Virus record (IMG/VR): IMGVR_UViG_3300017761_003367
Coordinates: 1 to 27,186 of that record
Strand: one strand, 5' to 3'
DNA from: a virus
Lineage: Duplodnaviria > Caudoviricetes
Length of the DNA: 27,186 bases
Shown here: piece by piece, positions 1 through 7,150 of the stretch
Layout: the number at the start of each line of letters is the position of its first letter
Position numbering within the stretch: the stretch's first letter is position 1
Notes under the pieces: model-generated
The model's input: only the letters and a program-made list of their open reading frames with translations
Databases searched by the model: none
Told to the model about the DNA's origin: nothing
Made by a program: the position numbers and the translations under genes

Positions 1-37
1 AAGAAATACTTATTGCTTATTTAAAAGAACATTTATA

Positions 38-325
38 ATGAACAAACCATACGTCTCAGATGACTTTCAAATTGGTCCAGATGGAGCATATGAACATACT
101 GACGAAGAGAATACATTGACTCCTAAAGAAAAAGCAGAAGAGCTTGTTAATAAATTTAGAGAATATGCTAATGGAGATTATGATGATGGTAGATTCAGTC
201 CAGGCATTGAGAAACAAAATGGTAAACATTGTGCATTAATAGCAGTAGATGAAATATTAAATAACTGTTATACAGTAATGAAACCATTTTGGCAAGAAGT
301 TAAAATGGAAATAGAAAAGCTATGA
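38..325 (+). CDS. Phage hypothetical protein (TPKEKAxEL...CALIAVDEIL...WQEVKxEIEKL type)
   Basis: 95-aa ORF after an A-rich leader. The motif pattern is one I recall from small Bacteroidota-phage proteins. Stop overlaps the next ATG (ATGA, 322-325). Confidence 0.8.
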   Translation: MNKPYVSDDFQIGPDGAYEHTDEENTLTPKEKAEELVNKFREYANGDYDDGRFSPGIEKQNGKHCALIAVDEILNNCYTVMKPFWQEVKMEIEKL

Positions 326-414
326 AATATATATTAGTATTAATAATATATGAGTTTTTAAGGTCAAAATTGATTTGGCTATGGTATTATTTAATTAAAA
401 AATTAACAAAATGA
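322..414 (+). CDS. Small hydrophobic peptide, 30 aa (MKYILVLIIYEFLRSKLIWLWYYLIKKLTK)
   Basis: Hand-translated, below the ORF-track cutoff. ATGA overlaps at both ends suggest translational coupling. Confidence 0.6.
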   Translation: MKYILVLIIYEFLRSKLIWLWYYLIKKLTK

Positions 415-542
415 AACAAGAAATAATAGAAGAAATAGAATTTTGTCATTATAGTGGACTGCCATCTCCAGCGGCATATGAAGAACCTAAACAAGAAATA
501 CTTGAAGAAAATGTAAAAGAAATTGAGAAAGAATTAATATAA
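411..542 (+). CDS. Small acidic hypothetical protein, 43 aa (MKQEIIEEIEFCHYSGLPSPAAYEE...)
   Basis: Hand-translated. ATGA-coupled to the previous ORF and ends just before a terminator hairpin. Confidence 0.65.
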   Translation: MKQEIIEEIEFCHYSGLPSPAAYEEPKQEILEENVKEIEKELI

Positions 543-557
543 ATCACCCTAAAATAT

Positions 558-585
558 GGTTATTCCGGTTGGAGTAGCCTTTTTT
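558..585 (+). terminator. Rho-independent terminator
   Basis: GGTTATTCC-GGTT-GGAGTAGCC forms a 9-bp stem with two G-U pairs and is followed directly by TTTTTT. It lies downstream of the 38-542 cluster. Confidence 0.8.
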
Positions 586-621
586 ATAATATATTGGTAT
601 ATACATTCAATTTTCTGCGTC

Positions 622-647
622 TGACCGCGGCTCTTTAGCTATCTTTA
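622..647 (+). promoter_or_regulatory. TGACC-N13-TAnnTTTA element, copy 1 (putative early promoter)
   Basis: TGACC gcggctctttagc TATCTTTA, upstream of ATG 671. Confidence 0.8.
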
Positions 648-670
648 ATTATAATAAAAAAGCGAAAGAT

Positions 671-1093
671 ATGAAAAAAGTACAAATTATTAACACAAGC
701 AACATTAACGAAACTGAATTTATTAATGATCGTGAAGGTGAATATAGAGCGATTGTTAAAGTAAGAGCTGGATTTATTATTGTTGTAGATGATTTAGGAT
801 TAAAGAATAAGTGGGGTAAGAAACAATGGAATTCAGCGATGGATGTGTTTAGGGGTTTTAAAAAAGGCGCATTACAAACAATTGAATTTAAAGCTGAAGG
901 TACTGATTATTGGTTAACAGTATTTGCTCGTAAGACAAATAAAATAATATTGATGGATAAACAAATGTTTATGGATATGAAAGTGGGTGATATTAATCAG
1001 GATTGGTCAAACACAAATTTATATAACCAGACCAATTACACATTGTGTAAAGCTAAAACGTGGGATGATAAGGCGTTTGTTATGAATAAATAG
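671..1093 (+). CDS. Phage hypothetical protein, 140 aa
   Basis: Clean ORF flanked by two copies of the repeated promoter-like element; no recognisable motif. Confidence 0.85.
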   Translation: MKKVQIINTSNINETEFINDREGEYRAIVKVRAGFIIVVDDLGLKNKWGKKQWNSAMDVFRGFKKGALQTIEFKAEGTDYWLTVFARKTNKIILMDKQMFMDMKVGDINQDWSNTNLYNQTNYTLCKAKTWDDKAFVMNK

Positions 1094-1095
1094 GA

Positions 1096-1121
1096 TGACC
1101 TTAATTCACTCACTAAATTTA
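1096..1121 (+). promoter_or_regulatory. TGACC-N13-TAnnTTTA element, copy 2
   Basis: TGACC ttaattcactcac TAAATTTA, upstream of ATG 1138. Confidence 0.8.
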
Positions 1122-1137
1122 TTATATAAATAAAAAT

Positions 1138-1383
1138 ATGAATAATACAAAAGAAAATTTACAAACATTAATTGATTTACCAATACATCAGTTTGATGAT
1201 ATTATTAAGTTGATTAATCCGAAATTAAGTGATAACGATTTAAGACCATTATTTCCTGAGGGATGGAATAGAGATGAATGCTGGCCAGATGGAAATTATA
1301 ATTATGATGAGTTCCGTAAACATCAAGTTGTAATTGATCAAGAAGCTGAAGATTTATTTAATTGGGTAATTGATAATAGATAA
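1138..1383 (+). CDS. Hypothetical acidic protein, 81 aa
   Basis: ORF directly after promoter-like element copy 2. Confidence 0.8.
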   Translation: MNNTKENLQTLIDLPIHQFDDIIKLINPKLSDNDLRPLFPEGWNRDECWPDGNYNYDEFRKHQVVIDQEAEDLFNWVIDNR

Positions 1384-1386
1384 TAT

Positions 1387-1500
1387 ATGAAAAGAAAAAT
1401 CGAAGACATATTATATTTCTTAACAGTATGGTTTAGTGTTTCAGTAATAACACTAGGAGTAATTGCAATAATTTTTAAAATAATAATAAAAATAAAATAA
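1387..1500 (+). CDS. Small single-TM peptide, 37 aa (MKRKIEDILYFLTVWFSVSVITLGVIAIIFKIIIKIK)
   Basis: Hand-translated. Fills the gap between 1383 and 1503, with a hydrophobic core and basic ends. Confidence 0.65.
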   Translation: MKRKIEDILYFLTVWFSVSVITLGVIAIIFKIIIKIK

Positions 1501-1502
1501 CT

Positions 1503-1745
1503 ATGGGCTTTAACTACGACAAAAATTCCGATCAAGAAAGAATGCTAAATAAGTTTGAAAAAGTAACTAAACGTAATAAACAAGAGATGAATGAATTTCA
1601 TCCAGATTTTGATCCAACAATGTTACCATTAGCTGAACAAATGAAGTATTGGGAACGTAAAAATGAAAAATCACGTATTGAGAAAGAAAGAATTGCAGCA
1701 TTACCAAAACAAGAAATTAAAATAGGTTATACTCATCGTAAATAA
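1503..1745 (+). CDS. Hypothetical charged protein, 80 aa
   Basis: ORF track; in tandem with its neighbours. Confidence 0.75.
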   Translation: MGFNYDKNSDQERMLNKFEKVTKRNKQEMNEFHPDFDPTMLPLAEQMKYWERKNEKSRIEKERIAALPKQEIKIGYTHRK

Positions 1746-1803
1746 TTTATTATGAAAATACCTACAAACAGAAATATTTTAAGTAAAACCATTAATGAAT
1801 TAA

Positions 1804-1926
1804 ATGACTTCTAAGAAAAAAGACGAACCAAAAATAATAGTAGTAAAATATAAAGGTAAAAAACCTAAATATCATAGATCAAGATTAAAACTAAATAAAG
1901 ATGGATCAATTATCATTTATGAATAA
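1804..1926 (+). CDS. Small basic peptide, 40 aa (MTSKKKDEPKIIVVKYKGKKPKYHRSRLKLNKDGSIIIYE)
   Basis: Hand-translated. Overlaps a preceding 20-aa micro-ORF (1752-1814) and the ATG at 1919. Confidence 0.5.
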   Translation: MTSKKKDEPKIIVVKYKGKKPKYHRSRLKLNKDGSIIIYE

Positions 1927-2113
1927 CGTTTCAATTGAACGTTTAGAAGAAATTGAAGAAGAAAGACAACAAACTTTAGGTGACAGTAATTTTCAGTTGT
2001 GGATGAAAGAATTAAATGTGTCACAATCATATATAGAACTAACTTCTTTACTACGAGCTAAAGATATTGTTAGACAGTATGATTATTCTAACTATCAGTA
2101 TAAAGTAGCATAG
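1919..2113 (+). CDS. Hypothetical protein (track start 1901; ATG 1919 more likely)
   Basis: ORF track 1901..2113. The in-frame ATG at 1919 (MNNVSIERLEE) gives only a short overlap with the upstream peptide. Confidence 0.7.
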   Translation: MNNVSIERLEEIEEERQQTLGDSNFQLWMKELNVSQSYIELTSLLRAKDIVRQYDYSNYQYKVA

Positions 2114-2151
2114 TATAAATTTTTGTAATACTCCACAGGAGTCAGGGCGAT

Positions 2152-2177
2152 TGACCCGGGCTCCTTCTCTATCTTTA
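2152..2177 (+). promoter_or_regulatory. TGACC-N13-TAnnTTTA element, copy 3
   Basis: TGACC cgggctccttctc TATCTTTA, upstream of ATG 2201; similar to copy 1 over about 50 bp. Confidence 0.8.
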
Positions 2178-2200
2178 TTATATAAGAAAAACGGAAAAAG

Positions 2201-2308
2201 ATGATTATTTGGTTATTAATATTATTGGTGATTGTAGTTAATGTATTTGAAATTATTAAAGATATCATTGAAATTATTGGATTAATAATTAAAAGAATAA
2301 TAAAATAA
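2201..2308 (+). CDS. Small hydrophobic/amphipathic peptide, 35 aa (MIIWLLILLVIVVNVFEIIKDIIEIIGLIIKRIIK)
   Basis: Hand-translated. Sits exactly between element copies 3 and 4. Confidence 0.65.
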   Translation: MIIWLLILLVIVVNVFEIIKDIIEIIGLIIKRIIK

Positions 2309-2313
2309 TTGAA

Positions 2314-2339
2314 TGACCGTGACTATTATGTTAAATTTA
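2314..2339 (+). promoter_or_regulatory. TGACC-N13-TAnnTTTA element, copy 4
   Basis: TGACC gtgactattatgt TAAATTTA. Confidence 0.8.
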
Positions 2340-2389
2340 TTATATAATAAGAAACGGAAGAAAAGCGGAATATGAATAATAAAATTGAT

Positions 2390-2415
2390 TGACCGCGACT
2401 GTTTCAATAAATTTA
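2390..2415 (+). promoter_or_regulatory. TGACC-N13-TAnnTTTA element, copy 5
   Basis: TGACC gcgactgtttcaa TAAATTTA, upstream of ATG 2440/2452. Confidence 0.8.
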
Positions 2416-2439
2416 AATATAAATAAAAAATCAAAAAAT

Positions 2440-3264
2440 ATGAATATAAGTATGAAAAAACGTGGTAGACCAAGTAAAAAACAAGTAGCTGAATATCAAG
2501 TATCAGTTCCAACATTAATTGATTTAGATATCATAAAATTGAATAATTTAGATATTGATCCAAGAATGATGGAAACTATGAAAAGTGGTATGTCAATTGA
2601 TGATTTAATATCACATGAAGGTGGTGTTCCATGTGCTACTAATATTATGTGTATAGGTGATCCAGGAGTAGGTAAAACAACTGTACTATTAGATGTTTTA
2701 TCAGGGGTTCAAAATCGTGGAAGAAAATGTTTGTTTATTTCAGGTGAAATGGGTAAAAAACAAATGTTTAAATATACACAACGTTTTCCACAATTTGGAC
2801 AAATACAAACATTGTTTATGTCTGATTATTTAGAACATAATACAAAAGATGTTATTGAACAAGTTATGAATATGGGTTGGGATTTAGTATTAATAGATTC
2901 AATTGCTGAAATAATAGAAGGGGTTAGAGATGATAATAAATGGGATAGAAAACAAGCTGAATCATGGTTAGTTGATTTGTGTGTTAAGAATAATAAAGGT
3001 GAAAATAAACAAGAGAAATTTACATCACATTTATTAATTCAACAAGTTACTAAATCTGGTGAGTTTGTAGGTTCAAATAAATTAAAACATATGACAGATG
3101 CAATGATGGAGATGAGAAGAAGAAGTGATCGTGATGGTGGTGGAACATATATGAACTTTATGAAGAATAGAAATGGTAATGTTGATATGAAGTTTGGTTA
3201 TGAGTTACAAAGTGATCATATATACTATGGTGAAGTTATAAATGAAGAAGAAGATGGAGAATAA
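2440..3264 (+). CDS. radA: RadA/Sms-like RecA-superfamily ATPase (core only) with N-terminal AT-hook-like motif
   Basis: Walker A GDPGVGKTT, ISGE, Walker B LVLIDSI, QVTKSGEFVGSNKLKHMTDA (cf. RadA HVTKxGxIAGPxxLEHMVD) and KNRNG (cf. RadA signature KNRFG). The track start at 2389 (TTG) lies in the promoter element, so ATG 2440 or 2452 is preferred. Confidence 0.85.
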   Translation: MNISMKKRGRPSKKQVAEYQVSVPTLIDLDIIKLNNLDIDPRMMETMKSGMSIDDLISHEGGVPCATNIMCIGDPGVGKTTVLLDVLSGVQNRGRKCLFISGEMGKKQMFKYTQRFPQFGQIQTLFMSDYLEHNTKDVIEQVMNMGWDLVLIDSIAEIIEGVRDDNKWDRKQAESWLVDLCVKNNKGENKQEKFTSHLLIQQVTKSGEFVGSNKLKHMTDAMMEMRRRSDRDGGGTYMNFMKNRNGNVDMKFGYELQSDHIYYGEVINEEEDGE

Positions 3265-3267
3265 TTT

Positions 3268-3293
3268 TAACCTCAATTAATTAATTAAATTTG
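3268..3293 (+). promoter_or_regulatory. Element copy 6 (TAACC-N13-TAAATTTG)
   Basis: TAACC tcaattaattaat TAAATTTG. One mismatch in the upstream box; the downstream box is an exact Bacteroidota -7 TAnnTTTG. Confidence 0.65.
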
Positions 3294-3316
3294 AATATAA
3301 AATAAAAATAAATAAT

Positions 3317-3526
3317 ATGATAAACATTGTAAAAATAAAAGAAATTTTATCAATAATTGGAGTTTTAGGTATAGTCGCTCTACTTTTAGGAGCACCACTT
3401 ATGATTCTTTGGAATTGGTTAATGCCAATAATATTTGGATTACCTACAATTGGATTTTGGCAAGCAGTTGGATTAAATTTCTTAGCAAGTATTTTATTTA
3501 ATAAAACAACAACTAAAAAAGACTAA
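3317..3526 (+). CDS. Small two-TM membrane protein (LWNWLMPxIFGLPxIxFWQAxGL type)
   Basis: Two hydrophobic helices. The motif is recalled from small Bacteroidota and phage membrane proteins. Confidence 0.85.
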   Translation: MINIVKIKEILSIIGVLGIVALLLGAPLMILWNWLMPIIFGLPTIGFWQAVGLNFLASILFNKTTTKKD

Positions 3527-3528
3527 TT

Positions 3529-4632
3529 ATGAGTATAAAAATGAATAAGGTATTGCCTGTTAATATTGCCTATAATAAAAGTATTCCAGAATGGCATCTT
3601 CAAAATTGGTGGAGTTGGGATAAGTACTTTATTGAAGAGGGAGATGCTGATAGAATCTTTACTTTGATTAAGTTAATTAAATCACAACTCACAGTAATAC
3701 CTAAAAAAGGAGATATTATCTATGCTTCTAAAGCAAGTGAAATACCACGTTTTAAACTTAAAGAGTTTATTAAGGATAACAACTTGAAAAAAACATCTAG
3801 AGTTGGAATGGCTAGTGTGGTTATAATTAATAAAGGATATTTTAATGAGTTAATTAGTAAACTAAAACATGATGAAATTAATTTTATTAAAGAAAATTTC
3901 ATAGATATTATTGTAAAAAAATTTAAAACTACATTACATAATAATGTTATTAATATATATAATAATGCAATTGATAAAAGTAAAGTTGGTTTTGTTAGAA
4001 ATAATATATTAAAAGAATTTACAAAATATCCAAAAATAATTACTGAGTATAATAATAATACTTATAAAGTAAAAGGAATATCAATTGATCTTTATCGTGA
4101 AAATAAATTGTTAGAGTTGTTAAACATTATTATTAATAATGAAACACTTATACAAAGTGGAAAGATGAAATTTGTGTTTGATGAAGAGTTATTTGTTGAG
4201 TTGAATAAAGAAGGAATTGAATTGGATGATGATTATTTACAAACACTTCGTGATATGTTATTTAGTTCTGATAAATCAAATGTTAAGTTGGGTTTTGAAA
4301 TGATGTCTAATCTAGTAATTGACCAACCAACATTATTATCAATATCATTTTTACTAAATGAACTAATACATACAACAGGATTCAGACCAAGTTATTATAC
4401 ATCGTCTAATACCAACTTAAAAAGTCTATTAAAAATGCTTAAAACAAAAGGCATACATTGGGATAAGGATTGGAAGACGTTTGGTACTGGATTGAGAATG
4501 AATTTTAAAGATGGAAAAGAAGGCGGAATTGTAAAACAGTTTTTATTAGATAATATTAACCGTGAATTTAAATTAAGTAATTCAGCTGCTGAGTCATTAG
4601 TAGATATTGTTTTTACGACCGAGGCCCAATAA
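3529..4632 (+). CDS. Hypothetical protein, 367 aa, possible BRCT-like N-terminal segment; first gene of the vWA/MoxR module
   Basis: Long ORF. IIYASKASEIPRFKLKEFIKDNNLKKTSRVGMASVVIIN has a beta-alpha-beta-beta pattern reminiscent of BRCT (inference). Confidence 0.75.
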   Translation: MSIKMNKVLPVNIAYNKSIPEWHLQNWWSWDKYFIEEGDADRIFTLIKLIKSQLTVIPKKGDIIYASKASEIPRFKLKEFIKDNNLKKTSRVGMASVVIINKGYFNELISKLKHDEINFIKENFIDIIVKKFKTTLHNNVINIYNNAIDKSKVGFVRNNILKEFTKYPKIITEYNNNTYKVKGISIDLYRENKLLELLNIIINNETLIQSGKMKFVFDEELFVELNKEGIELDDDYLQTLRDMLFSSDKSNVKLGFEMMSNLVIDQPTLLSISFLLNELIHTTGFRPSYYTSSNTNLKSLLKMLKTKGIHWDKDWKTFGTGLRMNFKDGKEGGIVKQFLLDNINREFKLSNSAAESLVDIVFTTEAQ

Positions 4633-4641
4633 TTAAATTTA
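4616..4641 (+). promoter_or_regulatory. Element copy 7 (CGACC-N13-TAAATTTA), overlapping the end of the upstream CDS
   Basis: CGACC gaggcccaataat TAAATTTA, upstream of ATG 4657. Confidence 0.75.
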
Positions 4642-4656
4642 TATAAATAAGAAAAT

Positions 4657-5895
4657 ATGATAAATGATATGCATGGTGATATAGCCAAACACGCTAAAAC
4701 ATTAATGTTCAAAGAACCATTTTATGGATTGTTTCTAATTAGTCTTAATAAAGAAATTAGTGATAATGTCTCAACTGCATGTGTTGCTAAAGATGGTATT
4801 AATACTAAGTTAGTTATTAGTCCTAAATTTTGGGAAACAATATCTGACAATTGTAAAGTAGCAGTTTTAAAACATGAGTTATTACATATTGCATTTAAAC
4901 ACTTACAAATGTTTGATGAGTTTACAGAAAAAGAATTGTTGAATATAGCTGCTGATATTGAAATAAATCAATATATTCAAGATGAATACAAAGATGAAAC
5001 TTGGGATGGTTTAGAAATAACTAAATCTCCATTTAAAGAATTGAATATGCCTTTAAAAGCAGGTACTAGAAAGTATTATGAATTACTTTTACAAGAATGT
5101 AAAAATAATCCAAATGGTGATGTTTGTAAGTTTGTAGATGCTATGAAAGCAGCAAATGGAGATGGTGAGGCAAGAGAAATAACATTAGGTGATGGTACTA
5201 AAGTACAAGTTAAAGCATCTCATGAGTTTTGGAAACAATTTGAGGGTATGGATGATGCTGAAAAGAAGTTAATGGAAAAACAAATTGAACATCAACTTAA
5301 AGATGTTGCTGAACAAGTACAAAAACAAAGAGGACATATACCAGGTGAATTAAAAGAATTGATTGATAGTTTATATGTTAGTGAAGAACCAGTACTTGAT
5401 TGGAGAGCTTATTTAAGACGTTTTAATGGTATGGCTTCTAAAATCTATACTAAGAAAACAAGACGTAAACCAAATAAACGTTTTTATGGTAATCCAGCTC
5501 TTAAAATCAAACAAAAGAAAAATACATTAGTTGCTATTGATACATCAGGTTCAGTTAGTAAAGATGATTTAAAGGAGTTTTTAAGTGAAATATATCATAT
5601 ACATAAAACAGGAACTCAAGTAACTGTAATTGAATGTGATGCTTCAATTGGTCGTGTTTATGAATATAAAGGTAAAATACAAGAAGCTCAAGAAGTAACA
5701 GGTAGAGGTGGAACAAGTTATGATCCAGTACTTGAATATTTACAAGACAATAGAGATAAATATCAAAACTTAATTTACTTAACTGATGGTGAATGTGAAA
5801 CAAGTATTAAACCATGTAAACCAGTTTTATGGGTTCATTGTTCAGGAAGAAGTGTTAATGATTCATTACCAGGAGCTAAAGTTCAAATTAAATAA
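4657..5895 (+). CDS. DUF2201-type protein: N-terminal zincin-like metallopeptidase plus C-terminal vWA domain
   Basis: HExxH (KHELLH) followed by NIAADIEIN. MIDAS motif DTSGS...GRGGT...YLTDG; linker LDWRAYLRRF. Confidence 0.92.
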   Translation: MINDMHGDIAKHAKTLMFKEPFYGLFLISLNKEISDNVSTACVAKDGINTKLVISPKFWETISDNCKVAVLKHELLHIAFKHLQMFDEFTEKELLNIAADIEINQYIQDEYKDETWDGLEITKSPFKELNMPLKAGTRKYYELLLQECKNNPNGDVCKFVDAMKAANGDGEAREITLGDGTKVQVKASHEFWKQFEGMDDAEKKLMEKQIEHQLKDVAEQVQKQRGHIPGELKELIDSLYVSEEPVLDWRAYLRRFNGMASKIYTKKTRRKPNKRFYGNPALKIKQKKNTLVAIDTSGSVSKDDLKEFLSEIYHIHKTGTQVTVIECDASIGRVYEYKGKIQEAQEVTGRGGTSYDPVLEYLQDNRDKYQNLIYLTDGECETSIKPCKPVLWVHCSGRSVNDSLPGAKVQIK

Positions 5896-5921
5896 TGACC
5901 TTGATAAATGAATTATATTTA
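5896..5921 (+). promoter_or_regulatory. TGACC-N13-TAnnTTTA element, copy 8
   Basis: TGACC ttgataaatgaat TATATTTA, starting immediately after stop 5895 and upstream of ATG 5955. Confidence 0.8.
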
Positions 5922-5954
5922 ATTATAATAAAAAAACAAATAAAAAAATAAGTT

Positions 5955-7148
5955 ATGGCTAAAAAAACGACAAACAAACAGAACGCATCCGTTTCATTAA
6001 ATGTTAATGAATTAAAGGATTTTTTAAAACACATTATTGACAATAACCGTTACTTACAAGAAAATAATAAGCCAATGGTTAGTACAGAAGTAATTGGTGA
6101 TTCAGGTATTGGTAAAACATCAGCTATTGTTCAGTTAGCAGATGAGTTAGGATTAAATTTTGTTAAATTGAACTTAGCACAGATTGAAGAAATAGGTGAC
6201 TTGGTTGGTTTTCCAATTAGACAATTCCAAATGAATGAAGGTAAAAAAACTGAATGGGTAGATGAGAATAGTGTTGAAGATTATAGAAAGAAAGGTTTTG
6301 AATCAACTGGTCTAAATCGTATGAGTTATTGTCCACCAGAATGGATTAGTGGAAAAACAAAAGGTGGTGTTTTGTTATTAGATGATTGGAATAGAGCTGA
6401 TATGAGATTCATTCAAGCTGTAATGGAGTTAATTGATAGACAACAATATATAAGTTGGAAGTTGCCTAAAGATTGGCATATTATATTAACTGCCAATCCT
6501 GATAATGGAGATTATTTAGTTAATAGTATTGATAACGCTCAAAAAACAAGATTTATTAGTGCTAATTTAAAATTTGATCTTAAATGTTGGGGTAAGTGGG
6601 CTGAACAGTCTAAACTAGATAGTCGTTGTATTAACTTTATGTTATTACATCCGGAACTAATAACTAAAGAAGTTAACAGTAGAAGTGTTAGTATGTTCTT
6701 TAATAGTATTAGTTCACTTAAATCATTTGAGGAGTCATTACCATTAATTCAAATGATTGGAGAAGGTTCAGTTGGTTCTGAGTTTAGTACTTTATTTACA
6801 ATGTTCATTAATAATAAATTGGATAAGATGATTTCACCAGAAAACATCATGACACAAGATGAACAATATGTGATGAATACACTTAAAAGTTTAGTTGGTA
6901 AAGATAAAGATTATAGAGCAGATATTGCTGCTACATTAGGTACAAGGATTGCTAACTATTTAGAGTTTTATGCTAAAGATAGTGCGGTTGAAAAATCACT
7001 TATAGAACGTATAAGTAAAATTGTTACTGAGAAAATATTTGCTACAGATGTAAGTTATAATATGGTTAAATCAATATACAATAGCAATCCAGGTAAATTT
7101 AAATTAATGATGTTGAACAAAGAATTAGTAAAATATATAACTAAATAA
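5955..7148 (+). CDS. MoxR/AAA_5-family AAA+ ATPase
   Basis: Walker A GDSGIGKT, DLVGFP, Walker B VLLLDDWNRA, sensor-1 IILTANP, arginine finger DNAQKTRF, sensor-2 NSRS. Adjacent to the vWA gene. Confidence 0.92.
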   Translation: MAKKTTNKQNASVSLNVNELKDFLKHIIDNNRYLQENNKPMVSTEVIGDSGIGKTSAIVQLADELGLNFVKLNLAQIEEIGDLVGFPIRQFQMNEGKKTEWVDENSVEDYRKKGFESTGLNRMSYCPPEWISGKTKGGVLLLDDWNRADMRFIQAVMELIDRQQYISWKLPKDWHIILTANPDNGDYLVNSIDNAQKTRFISANLKFDLKCWGKWAEQSKLDSRCINFMLLHPELITKEVNSRSVSMFFNSISSLKSFEESLPLIQMIGEGSVGSEFSTLFTMFINNKLDKMISPENIMTQDEQYVMNTLKSLVGKDKDYRADIAATLGTRIANYLEFYAKDSAVEKSLIERISKIVTEKIFATDVSYNMVKSIYNSNPGKFKLMMLNKELVKYITK

Positions 7149-7150
7149 TT

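Noticed and set aside
2130-2142. ACTCC-ACA-GGAGT hairpin upstream of element copy 3 as a terminator
   Set aside because: Only 5 bp with no U-tract, and no equivalent hairpin at most other copies.
2389-2439. Track start (TTG 2389) of the RadA-like ORF
   Set aside because: It overlaps the promoter element and translates the A/T leader (NLNINKKSKN). ATG 2440 or 2452 fits the spacing seen at the other copies.
622-5921. Repeated elements as a CRISPR array or integron attC sites
   Set aside because: Copies are degenerate and non-palindromic, are separated by whole genes of very variable length, lack attC-like inverted cores, and no cas or integrase gene is present in the window.
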